A stretch of 64,000 nucleotides of DNA from Paraspadella gotoi (GCA_051294375.1 CM119266.1:12634592-12698591), one strand, 5' to 3'. Positions 1 to 14,943 are shown, numbered from the stretch's first letter. The notes: a model not told the origin generated them from the sequence alone. Made by a program: numbers and translations.

Positions 1-81
1 GACGATAAGAGAAAGAGAGGAGAGAGAGATGAGAGAGATGAAGATTAAAGAGTCGAGAGTGAGAGAGCGAATGAGAGAGAG

Positions 82-140
<59 letters not shown>

Positions 141-306
141 AGAGAGGAGAAAGAGAGATGGCAGTGAGAGAAACGAACCTTTTTCCCGTGTTAACTCCTC
201 TTTCTTCGCGATAACATTAAGTTCGCCCACGATTATTCCCTCAACCCAAACCTAAACCACCCTAATCAAGTAATGTGCATCCCCACCCACCCCCCAACTC
301 CTCCAG

Positions 307-867
307 TCGACGCCCTTCCGTCCGCTCCGACGCCACCTTCGCCACCTTCCGGCCTCCAGGGAGTCGCCCCCGTCTCTCGCGACGCGCGTCGACGACTGGA
401 AGATCAGTTGGAGCTCATTTCCGGTCTCAACGGCGTCGGTCGGCGTCGGCGGCGGCGGCGGCGGCGTCGGCGAGCGGCGCACGCGCCTCTATCGAGGGTC
501 AGACGCCGACGGAGACGTCGACCGACTCTGGATGCAAACAAGGAGGTGATTTGGGGGGAGATGCAAACAGGGTACAGGTGACTGTTGATTGTTGTAACTG
601 TTTTTTTTTTTTGGTTGTTTTTTTTTTCAGAAAACTTCTGTTCGAGCGTACATTAAATATTTCAGAAATTCCTTAAAAATTTATACTGACGCCATAAACA
701 ATTCTGGCAAATGAGAAATTTCTCAAAAAAACCGTCAATCAAAATGTCAAACTCAGATTTTTTAAATGTCGGAAATTAAAACGCCTAAGGAACCGTAAAA
801 CAATAGAGAAAAAAATGCTGAAATATTTTTCGCCTCCCGTTATTTTTTTTTTCAGTTTGGTTCTTAA

Positions 868-905
<38 letters not shown>

Positions 906-3900
906 TCTCTTTCTCTCGAAATTAAGAAAATCGCGGGAGATTTTTAACGTTCGTCGTAAAGGCGGAAGGATGGTGCGAGAAAGAAGGGGGGGAGCGATTT
1001 CAATCTGCGCACGCGCCCGTTTTTTTTTTCCCGCCAATTCTATTGTTCATTATTTCTTTATTCATTTCTTCCTCCATTTTCCACCACCCACCCATCCCCA
1101 CTTCCCACTTCCCACGCCACCCCCCCTTCAGGTGGCGAGACATCCAGTTCCTCCGAGGGCTACCACTCCGATGCCCCGCCGCCCCCGCTGGGCTCCTCTT
1201 CGTCGTCGTCGTCGCAACCCACCAGGGCCGTCGTGGCCGGGCAGCCCGGACATGCCGCCCTCGTCTGCGACCCTAATGCGGTCGCCATGGCATCCCGAGT
1301 CGTCGGTGAGGAAGAAGAAGTGGAAGAATAAGAAGAGATCCGATCGGGGCGAATGAGAAATTCGATTAGAATTACCGCTGATAAATTAATTTTATGATTA
1401 AACCTATGATTGATGAATATAAAAATATCTTCCCTGAACAAAAATATTATTCGTTGCTCGTGGAAAAGAATGTTTATTTAAAAGATTCTGGTCGGTTAAA
1501 AAATTAATTTACTGTGAATTTAGCTTCAGAGATGCTTCATTGCGTTGAAACATAAAAATAAACGTTCTAAATGTTTATCTCCACTCTCCCTCATTTTTTT
1601 TTCTCTCTCTCTCTCCCTCTTACTGTCTCTCTCTGCGCAGGCGCGTCGCCGCTTTCGCTACGCACCACAAACCACAACCTCCTTTTTTACGACGCTCCCT
1701 CTGTGATAAACTCCGCCGCGGGCGCCGCCCTAGCGGCCAACGGCGTCATCCACGACCATAACGCCGTTTTATTGAAGGGGATTCCGCATCCGGAAACCGG
1801 AGAAATGAACAAAGATATCGGTGGTGAGTTTCGAGAAGTTTTGATATCGAAATGAAGGATGAAGAAATGGCGTCCTTGAGGCAAAGAAACTTTATAAACC
1901 CGCCAGTTTTATGGGATTCTTTACAAACCACAACCCAACTAAGGGTGTAATTTTATTTTGCCCATGTTTTTAAAACATAAAATCTTCTTTGAAGGAATTT
2001 TAGAACAAAGAATCTTTTCCGAGAAAAGCTTACCCTTCCGTCCTTAGGGTTTAGTTTTTAAAATAGGAATTCTCCGACGGCGAAAGACTTCGTCTCCAGC
2101 AGAGATCTTGAAATTTTGATGGAAACCGTCGGAGGCCAAGAAACTTATTTTAGGTTCCGATAAAAGATGCAAGAGTTTAATCCTCTCGCTCTCTATCGGA
2201 GTTCCCTCTCTCTCTCCCGCTCTCTCTTTTTCAATTGCCGTCCCCTCCCGATTATTTTCCGCAGACGATCCCCTGCAGCCCATGACCATCACCCCCGACG
2301 GAATACCCCACGCTGCTCAAGACAGCCCTTTGATGCTTCGACCGGGCTCCGTGCCCGTTCCCGACCCTTTCCCGCCCCTGACGCCCCCTCTGGGAATGAG
2401 CCGACCGGGCTCGGTGCCCCCCGACGTCGTGCCTCGTCCGTCGCCCGGCAGAGACGCCGCGGACGGCGCGACGACGGCGCATTATTCGCTGCAGCGGCGG
2501 ACGCCGGCGTATAGAGCCACGCCTTTTGCCTCGTTACAACGGTAATGCGGGAGAGGGTGGGGGGGAGTAATTAGATGGCACTGAGGGCGAAAAGTTGGAT
2601 GGAAACAAAATTGAAAAGACAATGAATGACAATGACATTTTAGTGGGGTTTTTGTCTTCGTTAATGCAAGAAAAACGTTTCAAAAAATGTTTATTATTCT
2701 TAAACATTTAATTAAAAATAAATATTTAATCTTCTAACCCCCACCTTTTCCGAACAGATCTTCCCGCACCCCCTCGCTGACGGAAGAGATGGACAACGAC
2801 GACGACGACGCCTCCTCGACGCGCGACTCCAGCGTCCGGATGTACGAACAGGAGCGCGACCATCTCTACAACAACATCGTGGAGAGTCTTCGGGGCCTGG
2901 AGACGCTGAGGAAGCAAGTCCGAGAGGAACGCCTTGCTGCTAGTCTAGGGAGAACGCAAATCGCTGGACCAACAGGTTCGAGGCTTGTTAATTATTATTG
3001 TATATTATATATTGTTTTAAAAGGTTTTTTTTTCTCTTCTACCTCCCTTCAAACAGGCCCAAGGCGAAGCGGACAGCTCGAGACCGTCAAGCGGGCCCTT
3101 CATCCCCACCCGACCCGCGCAGCGCCCCCTCGACCCAAGCCCGGTCATTCAGCCCGCGCGGGCGCCGCCGACCCCCGGGCCGCCATCCTGGACCCTATAG
3201 CCAGCCTCCCTCTCGCCGGTCAAGCGGCGCCTCGTCTGCCGGAAACGCCGTCGCCCGGCGCCGCTAGTCTCCACTCCTCCTCTTCCCCCTCCCCCTCCTC
3301 CTCATCGATCTCGCCCAATCAGAATCGTCACGGCGTCACATTCGACGAAGCGGCGGCGGCGGCGAAACTCGCTCGCGCCAAAACCGTCGCCGCCGCCGCC
3401 GCCGGCGTCAAGAAACGAAGAACGCCGCGCGACGAGAGACGGTCCGGCGCCGAAAAAGCGCCGGTCGAGGACGCCGGCGTTGACGATTTGCCGATTTCGT
3501 TGACCGGCGGAAAAGCGGCTGTGAAAACTCCCATCTCCATTTTGAAAAACGGCGGCGGCGGCGTCGGCGTCAAGGCCGCCTCCAGAGGCACCGCCAATGC
3601 CGGTCGCGTCGCCACCGAGTCGAAGACCCCGTCGAAATCCTTCAGCGCCGCCACCAGGTCGCCCAAGGCGAAACCGCGCGAGCGACGCGACGAAGACGAC
3701 GACGATGAAGACGACGACGACGTCACGCGGTTCTTTATCTCCACGACGCCGACGACGACGACGGCGAAACCGGCGACGGCGACGATCCGATCGACGACGG
3801 GTGGCGTCGGCGGCGTCGCCTCCAGGACTCCCAGGAAAGACTCCAAATCAAAATCTTCCGAGGAGAGGGCGCGACTGATCGACGCCGTCTTTGACGAGAC

Positions 3901-4003
3901 TCGTTCCGGCGCCAAGTCGCTTCCGGCGACAGATTCTCGGCGAAAGTCCGGAATCAAGGAAGGGGCGGAAATCTCGTCCGCTTCTCAAAAGACTCTTGGT
4001 TGA
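307..4003 (+). CDS. 3' part of a spliced gene, exons 307-545, 1132-1305, 1641-1823, 2265-2541, 2758-2975, 3057-4003(stop); Ser/Pro/Ala-rich low-complexity protein, family not recognised
   Basis: Each exon has a pyrimidine-rich CAG acceptor and a GT donor, and phases match at every junction (1,1,1,2,1). The joined frame reads ...TETSTDSGCKQG|GGETSSSSEGYHSDAPPPP...|GASPLSLRTTNHNLLFYDAPSV...|DDPLQPMTITPDGIP...|RSSRTPSLTEEMDNDDD...YEQERDHLYNNIVESLRGLETLRKQ...|GPRRSGQ...SQKTLG*. The 5' exons lie upstream of the window. Confidence 0.8.
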
Positions 4004-4025
4004 CGATTTTTTTTTTTTTTTTTTT

Positions 4026-4050
4026 NNNNNNNNNNNNNNNNNNNNNNNNN
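4026..4050. other. 25-N assembly gap (also 15198-15222, 27386-27410, 32740-32764, 39355-39379, 52941-52965, 58640-58664)
   Basis: All are exactly 25 N. Flanks of the 4026 and 15198 gaps are directly adjacent in other copies (29838-29870; 4281-4296), so these are placeholder gaps. Confidence 0.95.
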
Positions 4051-4321
4051 GTTCTTTCCTTTAAATTTCCGCGCGGTTTTTTTAAAACGTTTTATTTTCA
4101 TTTTATTTTTAAAAGCGCTTCGTTGCTTGTCCAATTTATTAAATTTTTTTTCAAGAGTTCAAAAAAAAAAGAATCTTTACAAATACGAAAGCGGATATAT
4201 TTTTTTCGCCCTTATACGAGAATTTATTTCCCTGCCCTTATTTTTGGCTGTTTATGGCGGATGATAAAAGCCTTAGAATATGTAACAAGGTACGCGTGCT
4301 TCGAAAGTTTCACCCTTCCTT

Positions 4322-4390
<69 letters not shown>

Positions 4391-4409
4391 TCTCTCTCTC
4401 TCTCTCGCT

Positions 4410-4458
<49 letters not shown>

Positions 4459-4879
4459 CCCGCCCAATATTTTTTACTTCTCCATCGTCAAAAAAAAAAG
4501 AAATTTTTACTGTTGATAGTTATTGTTATCCTGTTAATCATATCATAATAATCAAATGGAATGAGTTATTCCATCATTCGAATATGTACGTGTACAGAAA
4601 TTGTTATAAATTAGCACTTTAATCACAATATCATGTCGTAAAAATAAAATAGAAAACTTAATGGGTAACGCCAAACAGATTGTTTTTCTTTCCTCTCGCG
4701 GGGTTTCACGAAACCCTCATTGTTACAGTAAACGAGTTTAGTTGCCTCAGCCGACTCGAGAAGCGATGAATGGGAAAAAGTTTTAGAGGCAACAACTCGG
4801 TCTCACTTCTTTTTTTTTTGGAGGGGGGGTTCAGCACTGGGGTTCAAAGAAGGGTTGCTACCCATGTTGTTATCTTCGG

Positions 4880-4962
<83 letters not shown>

Positions 4963-7836
4963 GAGAGAAGAGAGAGAGAGGTAAACGAGTAAAGAAAAAG
5001 AACAAAATAAAAGAAAGAAAACGAAAAAAGAAAAGAATACAAAGAGGAAAACCAACAGAAAACAATAGACAAGAAAATATCCACAAAAAGTTATTCGTAT
5101 TTGTCGCGACGTGCCGAACGACAGACGGCGATCGAAAACAATATCGCGCCATAAAAAACAAAAAAAAACCATAGTTGGACCATAGTATGAGCCCATAGTG
5201 GGATGATCAAGTGGCAAAATGAGTTTTGGAAAAAAAAAACTGTGTCCGAAATTCCCTGGAACCTCGACGCGGGGATTCTGAATTCTTTTTCGGCTACGAA
5301 GCGAAAAAAAAGTGCAGTAAACAAATGTTCGCGTTTTCTCTCTTTTTGTTTCCATGGGTAACTTTTTGGGCGGTCTTTTATATTCTGATCTTTTACTTGA
5401 AAAAGTAAAAAAAGAAAACATGGAAATACAAATACTAGAAAGACAAGAGCGAAGCGGGAAAAAGAAGGAGAGAAAAAAAAGAAGAAATATAGTAGAAGAG
5501 GAGAAAAGCGGGAGAAGGCCAGGGAGCGATGATATCTCCAGATAAAAGAACTCTTTTTTTTCCCCTCGAGACACGAAGACATGATGTCCTGGCTAAATTT
5601 CGTACGGAAGTTGAGCTCTGAGGATCTTCTTCCGAATAGTCGCGCTCGGAATTCATGGAGCCGTGTCATGATACAGAATGTATTACGATTAGTGCTATGT
5701 GTTAAAATTTCATGTTACAATTATTTAAGCGATAGTGCTTATGTCGTTTAAATATGATTACAATGATTATATCAATCGTTATTTGATACAAAGAATAGAT
5801 AGTGCTAATGTGTTAAAATTCTCCGATTACAAAAGTGATTAACGCATTAAGTGGCTATATGTGTTAAATTCGAGAATTATTCTACTCATCGAACAACCAA
5901 CCCTCCCCTCTAAAAATACTTCCAACTTCTTAACGTCGAATGTTTGCCCAATTTTCGCTCTGCTATGTTTACCTTTGGCCGCGTTCCGCCCTCAGATCGT
6001 CACTACCCGCGTATTTCCACTATTCTCGCTCGAGCTTTATTTCGCTTTTAACACCCCCCCCGTCAAACCCTTCGGGCCCCTTTCTACTCCTCCTCAGCGC
6101 TGGCTCTGATTTCCATTTCACCCCTCCCTTTCCCTCACGCGCCCCCAAAACTCCGACTCAGACCGGCCCGTCTTGCTCTTTTGTTTTCTTTCACTTATCC
6201 CGACATATATTTCCCTTCTTTTTTTTTTCTGCCTTCCGGGGGTTTCGCCGTTTCCATGACGACCCCGGATAGGACAAGAACGTTTTCGATATTTGGAGTC
6301 GCGTCGCTCTTCTTGTGTGTTTATTTGGTCAATAATACGTAAGAACGTAAAGGCGGTGACGCGACTTAATCAGAGGCGACCTGATTACGCAAAAAAAAGG
6401 CGAACAAGGTAAGTGGGCTGCCGCGGCGTTGAATGGTTTTGTGCATCTGACGCGGAATTGAGCCTTATCTTTGGCTGTCCGACAAGAATTATCCCGAAAT
6501 CAGGGCGTCAATTTGACACAAATATATATCGGCTGTCATTAATTAAGAGAAAATCAGAATTAAGTCGTAAACACATCAGGGGGAGAAAGAAAATATATAA
6601 ATAAAAAAATGGTATGGACGGCTCAGAGGGACAGAGAGGAAGGAAGGGAGGGAAGGAACGAAGGAACGAAAAGGAACGAAGAACGAAAGAACGAAACGAA
6701 AGAACGACGACAACGAACGACGAACGAAAAGTGACAATCCATAAAGTAGTTCGTCCTGTCCTTATAAATATGAATCTCGACAGGAGATTGCAAGAGGTCG
6801 CCCTTGACTCTCGACTTTGGCGGCGCCGTATCAGCAACGGCGTGGACGCCGGCTATCACGTTGGGGCAAAGCCCCGCGGCGCCAGACGACGCGGCCCCTC
6901 CGAACCGGTTAGTGGAGCGCCGACGTCCGAGTACGGATGCTATCACCCGGAGATGATTTACTTGACGTCGTTGGCCTCCGCATTAGAGGAATGGATCTAC
7001 TTCTCTGCTCTTCTCTCTCTACTCTCTCTCGCATCTCTCTCATCTCTCTACTCCCTCTCTCTCTCTCTCTCTCTCTCCTCTCTCTCCTCTCTCTCTCTTT
7101 CTCCCAATGGCGAATCGGCCATTGGTTCGTTTTGAGAGAGTCCGGCTGGACGGAACGTCAATGAAGAGGTCTTCGTATAAGAGGAGAGGCCATGATTGGT
7201 CAAATTACGGAACGGTCGAACCGAATCGGCCGGCTTTTCGCGGGTCTTTTTTTCGTGCCGAGCAAGTCGAAATGGAGATTAATCTGGGGAAGGGAAGGGA
7301 GAGGAAAGGAGAGGGAAATTGGAGAGGCAAAGAAAAGTGAAGAGAGAGAGACAGAGAGAGAGAGAAGAGAGAGAGAGCGAGAGAGAGAGAGAGAGAGAGA
7401 GAGTAGAGAGAGAGAGAGAAGAGAAGAGAGAGAGAGCCTGGCCGGCGGGAGAAAAATGGAAGATCGACAACAAAATTGTTGGACGAGAACCCGAGGAAAA
7501 ACCGTTGGTGAAAAAAATGGGAGTCAGGAAAACTGGAAAAGCTTCTTCTGGACTGGATAGTGTAGCTTTTTCTTCAGAAAGAATAAAAAGACTGTTTATT
7601 TATTTATTTATTAAAAACGGTATGAATTGAATGGACTTGATCTTTTTGTTATTCTTTAATTAGGATGACGTAAAATATATGTAGATACAATCGAAAATTG
7701 CCCAATTTTTAATTTTAAATTAAAATTTAAAAAATACAAGATAAAAACAATATTGAATCGGAAAAAAAACTGAAATGAGAATTGTTATTTATGCAGATTA
7801 CGAGGCCGAATGATTGGAAATCTGCACGAGAGAGAG

Positions 7837-7887
<51 letters not shown>

Positions 7888-9631
7888 CGAGAGAGAGATG
7901 AGAGAGATAGGAGACAATGAGAGAATAGAGGAATAAAAGGCGGAGAAAAATGAATCGGAGTTCATTTCACTGGAAAAGACGCGGAGCTTTCTCGCGCTTC
8001 AATGGAGCAAAGTGGGACTGGGGATCATGAGAGGCAGGAAGAGGCCCCACAATGGTCTCGGACACATGTAATAAGTCCACAGTGGTTTAGCGGAAAGTTA
8101 AGTTATTTGTTCAACGGCGTGTTCAATAGATTGCTCTGCGCACACTGAGCTAAATAAGAATGTTCTAAAGAAAATGCCAAGAAAGAATATCCGTTAATGA
8201 AAAAGAGGCGAAAAATATTGGAAAGCCATCGATCTGTTGTTGAGGTTTGGTACGTGGCCTTTTCTTTCTAAATAAAATAGTTAAAGTAGCCGAGTCGTGA
8301 CTGCGGAAAATGGTTTCGTAAAAGAGTAAGGAGGGAAAAAGGAGAACAAGGAAGAAAGAAGAAAGAAAAAACGGGGGAATTAGAGAAAAATAGAAAGGGT
8401 CGTAAAATGAGGTGGCTGAAGTTGTGGTTGTGGAGGAAGCGAGGGTAGCAGGGTCGGGCAGCGAAGGAAACATGGGTGAGAGGAAGAGAGGAAAGAAGGA
8501 AGACGAGAGGGAGATGCTGGTAAGTGGCGTAGTAGCAAAGAAGAAGACTATTAGATAGAGAAAAGGAAAAAGACAAAATTAAAAAAAACTAGGCTATTGC
8601 TCCAATAGAAAAGAGAAAAAGAAAACTAGTAGATTATTGAACGCAGTAGAGACAAAGATGTGACACGTCTAAGGAAACAAAGAAAGAACCGGTCGAGGGT
8701 AAGGGCAGCGAAAGAGGAACGGAGGGGAGGAGTCGGATTATAGCCCGAGAATCGCATCGGGAATTGCCTTTTTTATTCGCCCATAAAAGGGTGAACGGCG
8801 CGCCCCGAAAAAATGGCCCCCCTAAGCGTCGGTACAGGGATCATTACTTATAAGATAGCTAAAGAGGCAATAAAGTATTGAGCACGCCGGAGAGGAGAGA
8901 CGTAGAGAGGAGGGAGAGAGAGAGAAGAGAGAGAGGAGAAGAGGGAGAGCACGAGAAGAGAGAAGAGGTAGAAGAGAATGAGAGAGAGACGAGGAGAGAG
9001 AGAGGAGAGAGAGAGCAGAGATTTACTCAATTAATTTTACCGCGCACAATGAAATGGATATGGGGCGGTGAAAGTCGATCAGACGTAGCACGTATCAAGG
9101 TATGATGAAAGCAACGGGAGCGCAGATTGCTAGTCGGGAGACGATTCCCATCAAGAAAGGGATAAAAAATAACTTCAATATTCTTCTTCCGGGATCCGAG
9201 GACGTCGTTTCGAGAATCCAAGGCCTATCTCTTTTTCTTTTCTTATTTTTTAATGGGGAGAAATAATGGGGGGACCAAAATTTAATCAAATGTAATCGTC
9301 AGGCATATATGAAGTAATTTTTAAATATATCTTTTTTCTCCGTTTAAGTCTTCACTCTGATTGTTGATTTGTTTTCTGTACGATTAAGCGACGCCTTGTT
9401 GTTTCTTATCCTTCTTCTCTGCACTCGTTCACTTTATGTTCATTTGTTGAGATTCCATACTCTCATCACGGGTTTGGAATAGCCGCGCGGTAGAGGCGCA
9501 TGTATTCTGTCTGTTCTCACCGGGCAATTTTTTATTTGTTTTTTTTTTCGTTGTTCGCCATTTCATCCATCACATATTTCTGTTTGTCATGTCTTGTAGA
9601 TGAATCACTGGAAAAGCCTTTTCGTTAGAGA

Positions 9632-9700
<69 letters not shown>

Positions 9701-9988
9701 TGAGAAGAAGAGAGAGGAAGAAATTCGATATAGATTAGAAATGTAAATTGAGAGAAGCGTTTCCTAGTTGTCAATGCGGTTGCTTTTCTTTCCTTGTTCG
9801 ATTTAGACTCTATTCAATAAACTTAATTTACGGTCAATTGTAAATACTTTGTGAAGCTAACTGACATTAATTACAAATGGGAAGACGTTGTGAGAACTGC
9901 AAAGCTATTCTCTTCTCTTCTCTGCTCCTCTCCTCTCTCTTCTTCTTCTGTCTCTCACTCTCTCTCTCTCTTCCTCTCTCTCTCTTCT

Positions 9989-10020
<32 letters not shown>

Positions 10021-12526
10021 CTCTTCACCTCACAGATCACGAATTTACGACACCTTCTGCCGGCGGCGTCTTCTGTCCAGACGCTCGTTGAATCAGCCGC
10101 ACAGGACGTCATTAGTCCTCTTCCTGTTCTCCTCGACGACTGGCAATGACGTCATAGCCGTTAAACGGGAGACGCATGATCGTGCCATGGAATGAAATTA
10201 ACGTAGTCTGACGCGTCAAAAAAAATTTTCCATATCTCCGTTTTCGAGAGAGACTCGAGGAGGGGTTCTGTCCCGCTTTCTTCCCTCCTCCCCCGCATGG
10301 CCAGGCCCCCCCTCCCCCCCTCCCACCATCCGCCCCTCCTCCATTCTCTTTGCTTCTTTTTTGAAAAAGGAAAAAAAATATGTGGTCGTCTTTGACATTT
10401 GACATTCATATGCACAAGTTTTAAACGGGATGGAAATTCTGTCTACTGGCGGGACTTCTCCTCTGTTTCCCCTTTTTTGAAAAAGCAAACGAAGCGTTGT
10501 GCTAAATAAACTCGAAACCGGTAGGTCTCATTCGTTGTGGATGGAAAAGTATTGATGATATCTTTCATATTCTAATTAAAATTGAAATAACGTAACAGAA
10601 ATTCTGAACAAGCTATTCAACCATAATAACATATGGATTGAGAAGTTTAAAAATATCATTTTTTTATACGTTTCAGCTAACTAAAATTTAATTTTATAAC
10701 GACATAAACATTCTTCGGGTGATAAAACTAGTATGTAAACGAAACGAATCAGCTGACACCTTACTTTCTAGTCTTCCTCCGACAATAAAGAATCAGACGC
10801 AAACGATTCAAATACCATTTCGCGTGAGCTCGTCATCGTGTCGGTCGTCACGTCGTCTCGTCGTCGTGTCGTTGCGCTCAACCCTAACGCGCGCCACTAG
10901 GAGAGACCCATTGAAATGATAATTGATTACTCCGCGCTTCCTGTTCGCTATTATGGGCCTTAAAAAATTCATCGCCTCTTTCTTCGAAATAAAATTTTAT
11001 TGAGTCGTTGACTACAATAGAATGTCAACCAGTTTGTTGCCGTTAGCATCTAAGGCGGTGTTCTCTGCAGTTCTTTCTCGGCTTCTTTGTACAACCCTCA
11101 AGATCTCTCAACACCCCTTTTTTTCGCTATTTAGTTCGCCTCCACCCTCAAAACTAATAGTTTCTCTTCATCACTACATCATCTCTCTCTTCTCGTCGGG
11201 GTCTGCCGCTCTCTCTCCTCTCTCTCTCTCTCTCTTTTCTCTCTCTCTCTGCCTGTCTCTCTCTCTCTGCTGTTCTCTCTTTTCTCTCTCTTCTCTCTCG
11301 TATCATTAATCCCGGGATGGTTCCCTTCTCACCTTTTTCAGTTCTCGTCTTCGCCAAAATATTCCACCTTTTAAAATTTATTCTAATTCCCCTTTTCTCC
11401 ATGCCTGGTTGATAATGTTTTTTCCAATGGACAATGTCCATGTCCAAGGTTAGCCCTTTAAAGTCGGACGCGATATGGAGGGACCGCGTGGTCAGGTAAT
11501 AGTTATTTAATTATACTTTTCGGGGCGTTTAGCTTTTCAGAGTTCTAATCTCTGATTTTAACGAAATCATTTTAAGTGGTGCCAGCTATATATACACTCT
11601 CTAGAGAGAACTTAATGTCGATTCTCACATCATTTTTTTTATGGCCAACTTAAAAAGAAGAAGGAAAAAAAATACAAGTTTCGTGGCAATAATCAAACGT
11701 ACTGGAATAACAAACAACTCGAGTTTAACTTGCTGCAACAGCCGCTCCTCATCACGCTCCCCACTCTTCCTGATTCGCTCAAAAACCAAATCCCGTCTTT
11801 TTCTCAGAAATTGCCTTTTCCGCGCCGAGAGAGAGAGAACCTAGTGCGCGCGCTCCCAGCGGGATTTTTGCCATTTCATCGGCCGCAAGGAACAGCAGAG
11901 AGCAACGATGCGAACAAAAGCGACCTGTTGCTGCCATCTTTCGGGCGACGGAGAAAAACCGAAACCGCGGATGGCGACTTGGGCTCTCTTCGATGGACAT
12001 ATGAGCAGCGGAAAAAAATTGCCAGCAGTTGCGCGAGGAACAAGTCTTAATGTAAAACACAAGTGACGAGACGCGAAAAGGATGAGCACCTTCTCGCTTA
12101 TCTCGCGTGGACAAAGAATCAGTTACCTTTTTTATTCTCGCAAAAACTAACTGCACTGCACGCTTGGATATAATTCGAATGGTTTGGCGGCGTTCTACTG
12201 GCAAGGGCCGGGCGGATTCATCATGACAAGACGAACGAGGGTTTAAAAATAAGTCCCGACGACTCTCCGATTTTTTGATCCGATTATCCCGAGATTGAAC
12301 TTACCTTTGTTTCCGATGTTAAAGTGAGCAAGATTAGGGATAAAGGTCGGAAAGGAAGAAAAAATGAAGCGTTAAATCGTTTTTTTACGACAATAACTAC
12401 TTATTAGGCCTAGATTATATTTTAATCAACTTTAAAATTCTAGTACACTTTGGATTTACGTAAGTAGTTTTTAATTTGCTCTTTATCCCAAAAAGGAAGT
12501 TTTTCACGCTATTCAAATTTAAAAAC

Positions 12527-13701
12527 CTGATAATTTTGACGCGCTGCCTTCCAAGATGCTCGTTTTGGTGACGCTGTCCGTTGGAATAGCCGTTCATCTG
12601 CAGTTGCCCGTCGCCGTGAATGCGCGAAGTGTGCCGCGGTCCCTTATCTCTGCGCCCGTCGCCGTTGGCGCTGCTGTGCGGCGAGTGCAGAACTGTGGCC
12701 TGGAAAAAAAAATCAGATTGGATAGGAAACATATATTTAGCGACTCGCGCAAAACGTCATTTCGTTATATTAGTTTTAACTTCACATGTAATCATAATAA
12801 AAATAAATAAATCGTTTGTTTTGAACTAAAAATATTACATTTATAAGAATTTTCAATAAATAATAGCCGAAAATGACAGGAAAACTTGTTTGAAACTTTC
12901 GTCTAAACTCTTTCCATAACAAAAAAAGCCGCAATTTAATTTTGACCAAGGACGGAAAGATCACTACCGGGTATGTGGCAAGAGACGTGGTTGGGCCTCG
13001 TCTTGGATGATTGGGGTGAGTGGGTTAGGCAGCATCTTCCGGGTTTGATGCAAGACGCCTACGCAGAAAAAATATGTAGATAAAAATTGGATTTGCTTTC
13101 CAAATATTTTTTTTTCACAACTCAAATTTACATCAAATAACTCAATAAAAACTAAACGACGTCGAAAAAGAGTTATATTTTCATAAATATCGGTCAGGGA
13201 AGGGATGAAAAGGTCGCCAGCCAAGCTGCTTGCCGAAGTGCATCTTCGTCTTATAATTTAAGAACGTATAACAGTATTATTACCCAAAATATATTTTTAC
13301 TAAACGTACTTTTTGACTCTCTTGTGCGTTCTTTACTAAATCTAAATCTTCCTGAATACGATGAACTCGCCTTTGATTAGGAACGAATCCGTGAGGGCGT
13401 AGGCGAGGGATTCCATTGTACCTGCGGTGAAGCGGCCCGTCCGCGGCTCCTCCCACGAAGCCGACGCCTGATGATGAATTTTGGATATTACCTCTTTATA
13501 CTTCTTTAATCGTGAAATAAGATCTTTTTGAACCCTGATTTCCTACCAGCATTTACAAAAAAAAACCACAACAAAACGACTAAACGAAAATGGCCGAAAG
13601 GGGCCTTACTTGGGGCGGCGCCACGACGGCGCTCATGTCCATAGGGACGTTGGCGCTTTGGGCGTGGTATGGGCGGAACCCGTCGCCGGGTTGGAATGAT
13701 T
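12527..13701 (-). pseudogene. Indel-riddled copy of exons 3-6 of the - strand gene
   Basis: Colinear with 43581-44713 with the same splice sites; frameshifted. Confidence 0.55.
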
Positions 13702-14758
13702 CTAGGAAAATTAGGACAGTGGCATGATAATGATGATATTGAAGATAAAAGTGATTTATGCCATGATTTTTGTAGTCACCTTAGACAAACCAAATGATTC
13801 CAAAAAAATTGATTGGGGCCAAGAATACAATTAAATTCACATTTAATATCTCTCCTTAATTTTTATGACGTCTGAAAAAATCTTGAAAAATATTGAAATT
13901 TCAACAGGTAAAAACTTTTATTTCTCTACTATTAAGCAGAAAAATGAAATGGTTTCGTCTATCTGTCGTCTCTGCGGTCTGGTTATATATTTTTTTCTGT
14001 CGTACTTCTTATTTTTTCAGGCATAATCATTTAAAAGTACTATATTCAGGGACAAATCCAAAAAATATTTTTACAAAGTCTAAGTATGAGCAAAGAAAAC
14101 AGAACCACACTAAATAAGGAAGTAAAAAATAATAACTATAACGGACGACGACGACGACGACGACTGACGACGACGACGACGACGACGACGGACGACGACG
14201 ACGACGACGACGCAACGAAGCAAAGGCGAATTACGTAGAGGAGGTAGATATCGGCCTTTCAAGAGAAACGACACATACGATTGCGGCATAAGGCGTGGCC
14301 GGCGGCGGCGGCTGTGCGAGATGGCTCGCGGCCCATAAGGGTAGAGACAGGGCGCGGATGGACGAGCGATTAATTGCGTCTCGGTCGCTCTGGTGCGAAA
14401 ATAAATCTTGCGGCTTGCTTCCGGTTCGTGGATATCTTTTTTTTTTTACATAAGCACGCTTTCTATCTAAGTTGCTTCCCTATTTCCGTGAACAATCCTG
14501 GATACGTTGGTCTTAACGGTTCTTGTTAAAATGCCTTCAAATTACAAACCAGCAACGCGAAACGAGCATCCAGCCAGTCAGAGATAGAGATACAATTACA
14601 GAGCAATACGACTAAATGGGCAAATTTCAGAAAAGAAGAAAAAAAACAAATTACAAAGTAATTATCTTTTTAACTTTGGCAGATATCGAACTTTAAACGA
14701 GACCACTATTCCTCTCCATTTCTCTCTCTTGTCTGCTTCTCTCTCTCTCTCTCTCAAT

Positions 14759-14792
<34 letters not shown>

Positions 14793-14796
14793 TCTA

Positions 14797-14854
<58 letters not shown>

Positions 14855-14943
14855 CCGTAACATAAGAAAACGCGGGGAGTTAGATGCCAAAAGCAAGGTC
14901 AACGTCGATGTTCTTAAAGATACTATCTTCACTTCCTCTCCTC

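Noticed and set aside
3328-3957. 209-aa - strand ORF
   Set aside because: It is the antisense shadow of the GC-rich terminal exon of the + strand gene.
4000-5574. ORFs rich in ER, LS or F repeats here and throughout the window
   Set aside because: They are translations of (AG)n, (CT)n and poly-T tracts that lack stop codons.
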